This document shows positions 1 through 7,726 of a stretch of DNA of 17,979 nucleotides, piece by piece. How positions within the stretch are numbered: the stretch's first letter is position 1; each line of letters starts with the position of its first letter. The notes below the pieces were generated by a model that was given only the letters and a program-made list of their open reading frames with translations, did no database searches and was not told the DNA's origin. The position numbers and the translations under genes were made by a program. The DNA is from a bacterium (GTDB lineage Bacteria; Desulfobacterota; DSWW01), in contig JBFLZG010000020.1 in NCBI GenBank assembly GCA_040756235.1, positions 1-17,979 on the forward strand, written 5' to 3'.

Positions 1-212
1 CCTCAACCTCCCTCGACCTCTCTGACGGTACCCCTACTACTCTGGCTGAACTCATCCCCAAATCCTCTCTCGCCCTCTACTTTAAACTCTCTGGGGGTGA
101 GTGTCTCATTCATATTGACACAGAGGGTAGCCTCGTCGGTAGGCCGATGTGGGCTTGGGGGTGCGGGTCAGGAGAGGGAACTTCGACCTTACCAAAGAAC
201 TCGCTTTTTTAC

Positions 213-241
213 TTGACGTGAAGTTCGATATCTGATAATAA
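213..241 (+). promoter_or_regulatory. Putative sigma70-type promoter of the MarR gene
   Basis: TTGACG at 213-218 after a T-tract. The -10 candidates are GATAAT (234-239) or TGn-TAATAA (236-241, 17-bp spacer). AT-rich island that overlaps operator copy 1. Confidence 0.55.
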
Positions 242-251
242 GAGGTCAAAA
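223..251. promoter_or_regulatory. Palindromic operator copy 1 (putative MarR site, autoregulation)
   Basis: GTTCGATATCTGAT-A-ATAAGAGGTCAAAA. Aligns without gaps to the copies at 799 and 13203 (consensus TTnGAnnTCTGATnATnAGAnnnCAAA). Confidence 0.75.
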
Positions 252-273
252 CACACAAGAGCCCGGGTGCCGC

Positions 274-780
274 ATGTTTCTACTCCGAGATCTTCCAACC
301 GAACAGACGGTCCGAGATGTCGCGAAGCGCTATCCGGACCTCGACCCCTCGGGGCTCATGAGCTGCATTTACCTCCTGCGTACCGGGAGCAAGCTCCTGG
401 CGATTCTGGAGAGGGTCCTCTCCCCGTATCGCCTTTCCCAGGGAGGCTTTCTCATATTGGCCGTGCTCATCCGCGATCCCGACGCCGAGATCTCCCCTTC
501 CGACCTGGCGGAGAAGATCGGACTGACGCGCGCAACGATCACGGTTCTCCTGGATACTCTTGCAAAGCACGGACTGATCGAGCGGATTCCGCACGACGGG
601 GACAGGAGGAGACTGGTCGTTCGACTCACGAGCAAAGGACGGCAACATCTGGACCGCATGCTGCCCGGCTACTATCGGCAGGTCGCAATGATCATGTCCA
701 AGGTGAGCGAAAGGGAGCGCCGACTCCTGATGGACATTCTCAGGAAGGTCGAGGAGGGGGCGTCAGAGGTCAAGGCATAG
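274..780 (+). CDS. MarR-family transcriptional regulator
   Basis: 168 aa with a winged helix-turn-helix (SPSDLAEKIGLTRATITVLLDTL) and the MarR wing motif GLIER...DRRRLVVRLTSKG. Confidence 0.95.
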   Translation: MFLLRDLPTEQTVRDVAKRYPDLDPSGLMSCIYLLRTGSKLLAILERVLSPYRLSQGGFLILAVLIRDPDAEISPSDLAEKIGLTRATITVLLDTLAKHGLIERIPHDGDRRRLVVRLTSKGRQHLDRMLPGYYRQVAMIMSKVSERERRLLMDILRKVEEGASEVKA

Positions 781-787
781 TTTTTTT

Positions 788-827
788 TTGCATCTGTGGT
801 TAGATATCTGATTATCAGAAAGCAAAC
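788..827 (+). promoter_or_regulatory. Putative operon promoter with operator copy 2
   Basis: T-tract 781-789 and TTGCAT 788-793, then GTTAGATATCTGAT-T-ATCAGAAAGCAAAC (799-827) with the perfect core dyad TCTGAT-N-ATCAGA. GATTAT is a -10 candidate at 810-815. Confidence 0.75.
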
Positions 828-1015
828 GACTACTGAAAACGGCTTGGGTGGAACCGCGGGAGAAGGAGTGTATACGCAGTGCAGCTTGCGCCCTTCGGGA
901 AGACGCAGCTCCTTCTCGCCGGCCTCTGGTAGGCAGGAGAGCCCGGCAAAGCGATCCTCGCGGCAACCGCCAGCTTGGGCGACTTGGTGATCGGCCATAG
1001 GAGAGATGTGAGCCT

Positions 1016-2656
1016 ATGCGAACCCCACGGAGCCGCATCCTGAGCGACCTCCTGGACGAGATGGCAGCCCGCCATGCTCGGCGCCCGGCCATCATCGCCG
1101 ATGACCGCCAAGTGAGCTTCCGCGAGTGGGCCCGGCTGTCCGAAACCGTGGCTGCGGGCCTGGCCCGACTGGGCGCTGCCCGAGGCGACCACGTAGCGCT
1201 GCTCGCCACGAACTCGCCCGAATGGCTGTACGTCGCATTCGGGATCCTTCGGCTGGGGGCGGTGGTCGCCGCTTTCAGCACCTGGTCGCGATCCTGGGAT
1301 CTGGAATACGAGCTGCGGCACTCTGAAGCCTCCATCCTGGTGCTCCTGGATCGCTTCCGAAACCGCGATTTCTTGGCGGATCTCAAGGCCCTCGTTCCGG
1401 AAATCGAAACCGCAGCTCCCGGCGGCTGGCGCTCGGAGCGTTTCCCGCGGCTGCGCCACGTGGTCGTCATCGGTCTCTCGGCGCCGCGGGGAGCCATGAC
1501 GCTGGACCAGCTCATTGCGGTGGGCGCCGACGCCCCGCCGCCGCCCACTGCTCCGGGGCTTGGGCCGAGCGCCGGGGATACGGCGTACCTGCTCTACACC
1601 TCGGGGTCCACCGCCCGACCCAAAGCCGTCCGGCTGATCCACTACAGCCTGATCGAAAACGGGTTCAATATCGGGGAGCGCGTGGGAGTCCGTCCTCAGG
1701 ACCGGGTCTGGGTTCCTGTTCCTCTCTTCTGGAGCTACGGCGCCGCCAATGCAACCATGGCATCCCTCACGCACGGCGCAGCCATGGTTCTGCAAGAGTC
1801 CTTCGAAGCCGGCCGGGCCCTGGATCTGATCGAGCGCAGCCGCTGCACCGTAGCTTACACGCTGCCCAACATCACCCTGGCGCTGATCGAGCACCCCGCC
1901 TTTCGTCCGGCGCGGACCGCCAGCCTCCGCACCGGGCTGACGATCGGCAGTCCTGAGGACCTGCGTCTGGCGATGAAGGGGCTCGGAGCCTCGCGCATGT
2001 GCAGCATTTACGGCGCAACGGAGGTATACGGCAACTGCTGCGTCACGCCCCACACGGACGAGGAGGCTTTGCGCCTCACCACACAGGGGCCGCCCCTGCC
2101 TGGCGTGACGCTGAAGGTGGCTGATCCTGAAACGGGGGAGGCGCTTCCGCCCGGCGAGGTCGGCGAGCTCTGGGTCAAGGGCTACGTGACTCCGGGGTAC
2201 TTCAAACCGAGCGAGGAGGACGCCGCCGCCCTCACGCCGGACGGGTTCTTCCGCGCGGGGGATCTGGGCCTCGTAGGGACGGACGGTCGCCTGCGCTTCC
2301 GGGGGCGATTCAAAGAGATGATCAAGACCGGCGGGATCAATGTATCGCCTCAGGAGGTCGAGGACTTCCTCAACACGCATCCGGCGGTCAGACAGGCGGC
2401 CGTGGTCGGAGTGCCCCATCCGGCCAAAGGCGAGATCGTTGCGGCCTTCATCCGTTCCGTGCCCGGCGAGAGCCCGGAGGCGGACGAGCTGCAACGCTGG
2501 TGCAAGGAGCGTATCGCCGGCTTCAAGGTCCCGGCACTGATCGCGTTCCTGGAGGAGCTGCCGATGACCGACACCGGGAAGCTCTTCCGGCGCAGGCTTC
2601 GTGAGCTGGGGGTCGAGCTCTTGGCGCGCCAGCAGCAGGAACGACGAGGTGTATGA
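1016..2656 (+). CDS. Acyl-CoA synthetase / AMP-forming ligase (class I adenylate-forming enzyme)
   Basis: P-loop YTSGSTARPK, plus YGATE, FRAGDLG, GRFKEMIKTGGINVSPQEVE and the C-terminal LPMTDTGK lysine motif. AGGAG at 999-1003. Confidence 0.95.
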   Translation: MRTPRSRILSDLLDEMAARHARRPAIIADDRQVSFREWARLSETVAAGLARLGAARGDHVALLATNSPEWLYVAFGILRLGAVVAAFSTWSRSWDLEYELRHSEASILVLLDRFRNRDFLADLKALVPEIETAAPGGWRSERFPRLRHVVVIGLSAPRGAMTLDQLIAVGADAPPPPTAPGLGPSAGDTAYLLYTSGSTARPKAVRLIHYSLIENGFNIGERVGVRPQDRVWVPVPLFWSYGAANATMASLTHGAAMVLQESFEAGRALDLIERSRCTVAYTLPNITLALIEHPAFRPARTASLRTGLTIGSPEDLRLAMKGLGASRMCSIYGATEVYGNCCVTPHTDEEALRLTTQGPPLPGVTLKVADPETGEALPPGEVGELWVKGYVTPGYFKPSEEDAAALTPDGFFRAGDLGLVGTDGRLRFRGRFKEMIKTGGINVSPQEVEDFLNTHPAVRQAAVVGVPHPAKGEIVAAFIRSVPGESPEADELQRWCKERIAGFKVPALIAFLEELPMTDTGKLFRRRLRELGVELLARQQQERRGV

Positions 2657-2659
2657 ACC

Positions 2660-3802
2660 ATGCGACCTGCCATCGTAGGAGTCAACCAGACCCCGTACGC
2701 GTGCCGCCACGGCCGGTGGAGCCTGGAGGAGCTGATCTACCGAACGGCCCGAGACCTGCTGAAGTCGGCCCGGATCGATCTCGATGACATCGACCACGTG
2801 GCAATCGGCTCCTCCGACGGGCTCGACGGCCGCTCCATCTCCTGCATGGTCACGGGCGGCTCGGTGGGCGACCACGGGAAGGACCTGATCAACTCCTCTT
2901 CCAGCGGCGAGCACGCGCTTCTCCTGGCCTGCCTGCGGATCCTGTCCGGGAGGAGCCGCCTGGCGCTGGTGGTCAATTGGGCCAAGCCTTCGGAGGCGCC
3001 CCTGGCACAGGTCGATGTCACGCAGCTCGAGCCGTTCTACCACCGCGGCGTTCGCGTCGAGCGCACGGCCTTTCTGGCCATGCAGGCCCAGGCGTATACG
3101 CACCGCCATCGGGTCGATCCCATGGCGGCCGCGAAAGTGGTCGAGAAGAACCGCGCCAACGCCGGCCTCAATCCGCTGGCCAGCCGTCGAGCTCCCGTTC
3201 CCGCGGCCGCCGCCGCGAGCTCGGAACCGGTGGCCTGGCCACTGCGCGCCGCGGACCTGCCGCCGCAGGACGACGGAGCGGTCGCGCTCCTCGTGGCCGA
3301 AGAGGAGACGGCGCGCCGGATGGCTGACAGCTACGCCATCGTCAGCGGCTTCGGCTGGAGCACGGAATCCTACTGGGCGGGTGAGCGCGACCTTGCAGAG
3401 CTGACGTCGGTCAGCCAGGCGGCCGCCGCAGCCTACCGCCGTGCTGGCATCTGCGACCCTCGGCGCGAGCTGGACGTGATCGAGGTCATGGATGTAACGC
3501 CCTACCACGAGCTGATGGCTTATGAGGCTCTTGGGGTGGCCGGGCCCGGGCGTGGCCCAGCCCTGATGGAAGCGGGCGTCACGCTCCGAGGCGGCGAGCT
3601 GCCCGCCAACCCCTCCGGCGGCCTCCAGGGGGCGAACCCGGATTTCGCCGCAGGCCTCTCCAGAGTGGCGGAGGCGGCTTTGCAAGTGAGCGGAAAAGCG
3701 GGGGAGCGCCAGGTTGAGGGCGTCAGAACAGCAGTTGCGCAGACGATCGCAGGTTTCGCCGCGCAGACCGCCTCGGTTTTCGTCCTCTCCCGTTCCCAGT
3801 GA
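2660..3802 (+). CDS. SCP2-type thiolase-fold protein, Ltp4-like (no catalytic Cys; putative aldolase subunit)
   Basis: Motifs AIVGVNQTPY, GSSDGLDGRSIS, DDGAVALLV and NPSGGLQGANP...AAGLSRVAEAALQ. The usual nucleophile position reads NSSSSG. RBS GAGGT upstream. Confidence 0.88.
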   Translation: MRPAIVGVNQTPYACRHGRWSLEELIYRTARDLLKSARIDLDDIDHVAIGSSDGLDGRSISCMVTGGSVGDHGKDLINSSSSGEHALLLACLRILSGRSRLALVVNWAKPSEAPLAQVDVTQLEPFYHRGVRVERTAFLAMQAQAYTHRHRVDPMAAAKVVEKNRANAGLNPLASRRAPVPAAAAASSEPVAWPLRAADLPPQDDGAVALLVAEEETARRMADSYAIVSGFGWSTESYWAGERDLAELTSVSQAAAAAYRRAGICDPRRELDVIEVMDVTPYHELMAYEALGVAGPGRGPALMEAGVTLRGGELPANPSGGLQGANPDFAAGLSRVAEAALQVSGKAGERQVEGVRTAVAQTIAGFAAQTASVFVLSRSQ

Positions 3803-3824
3803 CTGGACCGTGAGGAGAGCGGAG

Positions 3825-5009
3825 ATGCCCAGGGACGTCGTCATCGTCGGGGTCGGGCAGACCCCTTATCAGCGCCGATACCCCGATAGGATCTTGCCGG
3901 ACCTGGTCCGGCAGGCCGCGATTGCCGCGTTGGATGACGCCGGGATGAAGCTGCGGGACTTGGACGCGATCGTCTACTCCATGGCCCCGGATGCCCTGAT
4001 CGGCGTCAACCACGCGGAGCGGTGGGTCGCCGACGCTGCGGGCGCCGCCGGCAAGCCGATGCTGCGCATCAACACGGGAGGTTCCACAGGCCTGTCGTCG
4101 GTGCAGGCTGCGTACGACCACGTGGCCTCCGGCCTCTGCGAGGCCGTGCTGGTGATCGGAGCGGACCGGGTGGGGGAAAGCGGAAGCGCGCAAACCATCC
4201 TGAACCGGATCTGGGACCCGATGTACGAGCGCGCCCTCCCTCTCAACACCGTGACCATGCTCGCCATGCAGGCAGTCCGCTTCTTCGAGCGCTACGGCGC
4301 CACCGAGGTGGACATGGCCAGGGTCTCGGTGAAGAACCATCGGAACGGTACGCGCAACCCGTTTGCCCACATCCGGAAGGACGTCACGATCGAAGAGGTT
4401 CTGAGATCGCGCCTGATCAGCTACCCGATCAAGCTGCTCGACTCCTGCCCGCAGTCCAGTGGAGCCGCGGCCATGATCGTGGCCAGCTCCGAGGTCGCTT
4501 CGCGGCTCACGGACCGCCCCGCCTGGATCACCGGCCTCGGCTTTGCCGCGGAGACGTACTGGATGGGAGACCGGATGGGCCCTTGCGCCACCTCCGATCA
4601 CGCCGAGTCGGCGGCCATGACGCTGGCGGTGGAGACCGCGTACCGTGAAGCGAACATTACCCCGGCCGACATCGACCTGGCCGAGCTTTATGCCCCCTTC
4701 AGCAACATCGAGCTGCACGCGATCCAGGACGCGCGCCTCTGCCCCAAGGGAGAGGTGATGCGCCAGCTGGCCGAGGGGCGCTTCGACCTGGACGGCGAGG
4801 TGCCGGTGAACGCCTCGGGCGGCGTGCTCTGTGCCAACCCCATCGCGGTGACCGCCATGGTGCGAGCCATCGAATGCGCGCTGCAGGTCACGGGCAAGGC
4901 GGGCCGGCACCAGGTCCCCGACGTGCGGCATGCCCTGGCGACCGGAATCGGCGGCGACCATCAGTTCTTCGCCGCCATGGTGATCAGCAGCGAACCCGTG
5001 CGTGCCTGA
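3825..5009 (+). CDS. SCP2-type thiolase-fold protein, Ltp3-like (no catalytic Cys; putative aldolase subunit)
   Basis: Start reassigned to ATG 3825 (GAGGAG/GGAG upstream). Motifs VVIVGVGQTPY, GKPMLRINTGGSTG, KNHRNGTRNPFAH, CPQSSGAAA, DLAELYAPF and NASGGVLCANP. Confidence 0.9.
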   Translation: MPRDVVIVGVGQTPYQRRYPDRILPDLVRQAAIAALDDAGMKLRDLDAIVYSMAPDALIGVNHAERWVADAAGAAGKPMLRINTGGSTGLSSVQAAYDHVASGLCEAVLVIGADRVGESGSAQTILNRIWDPMYERALPLNTVTMLAMQAVRFFERYGATEVDMARVSVKNHRNGTRNPFAHIRKDVTIEEVLRSRLISYPIKLLDSCPQSSGAAAMIVASSEVASRLTDRPAWITGLGFAAETYWMGDRMGPCATSDHAESAAMTLAVETAYREANITPADIDLAELYAPFSNIELHAIQDARLCPKGEVMRQLAEGRFDLDGEVPVNASGGVLCANPIAVTAMVRAIECALQVTGKAGRHQVPDVRHALATGIGGDHQFFAAMVISSEPVRA

Positions 5010-5059
5010 TCGACGGCCTTTCGGACCCCGAACCTGCCTTTTGCAGGAGGATTTGAGCC

Positions 5060-5536
5060 ATGGAAAGCAGTGCCGAGCCGATCCGGACCGTTGTCGAGAA
5101 ATGGGACATCACCTACCGCCACGACGCCGGGCCGGTGGTCAGCGAGTTCTTCCGTCTCCTGGAGGAGGAAGGCCGGATTACAGGACGCCGGTGCCCCGAG
5201 TGCGGCCGGGTGCTGTTGCCTCCCCGCGGCTTCTGCGACCGCTGCTTCGTCGACACCACCGAGCGGGTCGAGATCGGGCACAAGGGCATCATCGAGACCT
5301 TCACCGTCGTCTACCAGACCTTCGAGGGCCTCCCCGAGGCTCCCTACTGCATCGCTTATGTTCGCCTGGAGGGCGCCGACACCGCCATGCTGAACTACGT
5401 GAGGGGAGTCGACTTGCACGATCGGCAGAGGAGCCTCGAGCGGCTGCGCGTCGGGGCGGCCGTGCGGGTCACGCTTGCTCCGAGGGAGGATCGTCGCGGC
5501 AAGGTGACGGACTTCTGGTACGAGCTTGCGGACTGA
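5060..5536 (+). CDS. DUF35-type Zn-ribbon + OB-fold protein (thiolase/aldolase partner, ChsH2-DUF35/BbsA-like)
   Basis: CPEC...PPRGFCDRC zinc ribbon followed by an OB-fold (GIIETFTVV...PYCIAYVRLEG). RBS AGGAGG. Adjacent to the thiolase-fold pair. Confidence 0.93.
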   Translation: MESSAEPIRTVVEKWDITYRHDAGPVVSEFFRLLEEEGRITGRRCPECGRVLLPPRGFCDRCFVDTTERVEIGHKGIIETFTVVYQTFEGLPEAPYCIAYVRLEGADTAMLNYVRGVDLHDRQRSLERLRVGAAVRVTLAPREDRRGKVTDFWYELAD

Positions 5537-5548
5537 GGCGGCCGGACC

Positions 5549-6427
5549 ATGACACGCGGCAACTGGGAACGCTGGGGCGCCGCGGATGAGCGAGGCGCCC
5601 TCAACTGGATCGGGCCGGAGCACGTCGTGAGTGCGGCCCGCCTGGTGCGCACCGGCCGCATCTACCCGCTTGCAGTGCGGCTGGGGCGCGACACGCCGAC
5701 GCCCGCCGAGCGTGCGCATCCGCTCCACTTCATGGTTCGGGACGGCGGCGACTACGCGGCCGGCGGCCGGCGGCCCGGCGGCTTCCAGTTCAGCGATGAC
5801 GCCATCGTCCTCGCAACCCACACCGGCACCCACATGGACGCTCTCGCCCATTGCTGGACCGACGACCGGCTGTACAACGGCTTTCCCGGAAACAGCATCC
5901 GCAGCACGACTGGCGCCGCCCACTGCGGCGTCGACAAGGTGGGGGCGGTGGTGGGGCGCGGGGTGTTGCTGGATGTGGCCGGCCATCTCGGCAAGCCCCA
6001 CCTGGAGACTGGCTTCGAGATCACGCCCGATACCCTGGCCGCCTGCGCGGAAGCTGCCGGCGTCCGGGTGGGCAGGGGCGACGTGGTCCTCATCCGCACG
6101 GGCTGGCAAAGCGCCTCCGGCGAAAACGGACCCGATGCCTTCCGGGGCGAGCCCGGGCCCGGGCTCTCGGCAGCCCGATGGCTGACCGGGCTGGAGGTGG
6201 CCGCCGTGGGCGCCGACAACTACGCCTTCGAAGTCCTGCCGCCGCCCGCGGGGACCGTCTTTCCGGCCCATCTTCATCTGCTGCGGGATTTCGGCACGTT
6301 GATCTTCGAAGGGCTCATGCTCGAGGATCTGGCCTGCGACCGGATCGCTCAGTTTCTCTTCGTGGCGACACCGCTCCCCATCACGGGCGGCGTCGGCTCG
6401 CCGGTCGCCCCGGTCGCGATCGTGTAA
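5549..6427 (+). CDS. Cyclase-family metal-dependent hydrolase (kynurenine formamidase/isatin hydrolase fold)
   Basis: Signature HTGTHMDALAH (HxGTHxDxxxH), N-terminal NWERWGAADERGALN, plus GRGVLLD, LIRTG, VGADN and a terminal GSPVAPVAI. Confidence 0.93.
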   Translation: MTRGNWERWGAADERGALNWIGPEHVVSAARLVRTGRIYPLAVRLGRDTPTPAERAHPLHFMVRDGGDYAAGGRRPGGFQFSDDAIVLATHTGTHMDALAHCWTDDRLYNGFPGNSIRSTTGAAHCGVDKVGAVVGRGVLLDVAGHLGKPHLETGFEITPDTLAACAEAAGVRVGRGDVVLIRTGWQSASGENGPDAFRGEPGPGLSAARWLTGLEVAAVGADNYAFEVLPPPAGTVFPAHLHLLRDFGTLIFEGLMLEDLACDRIAQFLFVATPLPITGGVGSPVAPVAIV

Positions 6428-6438
6428 CGGAGGAGACG

Positions 6439-7611
6439 ATGCTGAAGGGTGTCACGGTGCTCGACCTCTCCCTCCAGCTTCCAGGGCCTTACTGCACGGC
6501 TCTCCTGGCCGCCTTGGGCGCCCGGGTCATCAAGGTCGAGCCTCCGGCGGGCGACCCGGCGCGGGAGCTGGACCCGCCGATGTTCCGGTGGCTGGCCGCG
6601 GGCAAGACCTCCATCGTGCTGGACCTGCGCACCTCGCCGGGCCGGCAGGTGCTCCATCGGCTGGCGGGCCGCGCCGACGTGCTCGTCGAGGGGTTCCGCC
6701 CCGGCGTCGCGGATCGCCTGGGAGCAGGGTACGCCGAGCTGTCGGCGCACAACCCCGGACTCGTCTACATCGCCATCTCCGGCTACGGACAGACGGGCCC
6801 GTACCGGCAGCTGCCCGGGCACGACCTCAACTACCTCGGGGTCGGAGGGGGACTGTCCGCCGGCACGCCCGAGCCGCCTGACGACGGCGAGCCGATCGGG
6901 TCGCCGATCGTCGACCTGGCTTCGGGCTCGGCGGCCGCTCTCCTGGCGGCTTCCGCTCTGCTGGAGCGGGCCTCCACCCGTCGAGGGCAGTATCTCGACG
7001 TGGCCATGGCGGACCACGCGGCCTACTGGTCGTGCATCAAGGCCGGGAGCGTCCTGGAGGCAGTGGCCGGCGAGGGCGACCGAGGCGCTTCTCCTGCGGA
7101 GCTGAGCGGCGAGCCGACCTACGGCGTCTTCCGCGCCGCCGACGGAAAGTTCCTGAGCATCGCCATCCTGGAAGATAAATTCTGGCGTCGACTGTGCCGC
7201 GCCCTGGGATGGGAGGATCTGCTTTCGAGGCCGGAGCTGGCGAGCTACGCGGGAAGGAAGCAACACCGGCGGGCGATCGTCGCGCGTCTCAAGGCAGCCC
7301 TGTCGACCCGGCCCCGGAACGAGTGGCTGGACATTTTCGAGGCGGCCGATCTGCCGGTTGCACCGGTCAACGGCTACCGCGAGGTGTTGAACGACCCCCA
7401 GCTCACGGCCCGAGGCCTCTTTGCCACGGATCCTGCCGGCCGCCTTCGGCTGCTCCCGCCGCTGCCGCGGAGCGTACGAAGCGCCGCGTGCTTGGAAGAG
7501 GCGCCCGCCCTGGGCGCCGGCACGCGCGCGGTGCTCGACGAGATCGGCTACGACCTGCGCGAGCAGGCAGCATTGCGGGCTGCGGGTGCTTTCGGCCCCG
7601 ACGGCGGCTGA
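6439..7611 (+). CDS. CaiB/BaiF family III CoA-transferase / alpha-methylacyl-CoA racemase-like enzyme
   Basis: Start reassigned to ATG 6439 (GGAGGAG RBS). Motifs VLDLS..LPGP, VIKVEPP.GDP.R, ADVLVEGFRPGV, ISGYGQTGPY, GHDLNY and the catalytic-Asp region IVDLASG. Confidence 0.93.
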   Translation: MLKGVTVLDLSLQLPGPYCTALLAALGARVIKVEPPAGDPARELDPPMFRWLAAGKTSIVLDLRTSPGRQVLHRLAGRADVLVEGFRPGVADRLGAGYAELSAHNPGLVYIAISGYGQTGPYRQLPGHDLNYLGVGGGLSAGTPEPPDDGEPIGSPIVDLASGSAAALLAASALLERASTRRGQYLDVAMADHAAYWSCIKAGSVLEAVAGEGDRGASPAELSGEPTYGVFRAADGKFLSIAILEDKFWRRLCRALGWEDLLSRPELASYAGRKQHRRAIVARLKAALSTRPRNEWLDIFEAADLPVAPVNGYREVLNDPQLTARGLFATDPAGRLRLLPPLPRSVRSAACLEEAPALGAGTRAVLDEIGYDLREQAALRAAGAFGPDGG

Positions 7612-7726
7612 CGAAAGCTGGTGAGACGGACCCTTTCCGGAAGCGGCTGGGGGCTCATGAGCGCAAGAAGAAGACCTTCCGGACGGTCGATGAAGGAAGC
7701 GCGAACACGGACTCAAGGAGGCACTC

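Noticed and set aside
115..143. Perfect TTGACA as a promoter
   Set aside because: No -10-like hexamer at 16-18 bp spacing.
781..789. T-tract after the MarR stop as a terminator
   Set aside because: No preceding GC stem. Similar T-tracts precede all three operator copies, so it fits a promoter element better.
1006..1011. ATG-TGA start-stop before the ligase
   Set aside because: Only 2 nt from the AGGAG motif, too close for efficient initiation, so probably chance.
3714..3824. N-terminal extensions given by the ORF track (also 5851-6438, 9319-9999, 12075-12287, 15652-15684)
   Set aside because: They mostly overlap upstream genes and are low-complexity. Family motifs and RBSs begin at the downstream ATGs, so these are not fusions.
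830..3844. 1004-aa antisense ORF
   Set aside because: Shadow of two same-frame, GC-rich sense genes with clear family motifs. It has no recognisable domain.
2660..5536. Assignment as bbsAB, phlABC, ipfDE or a definite sterol-degradation locus
   Set aside because: Catalytic Cys is absent, and there is no HMG-CoA-synthase-like, dioxygenase, bbs or steroid-ring gene in the window. Substrate cannot be fixed, so no gene symbols were given.
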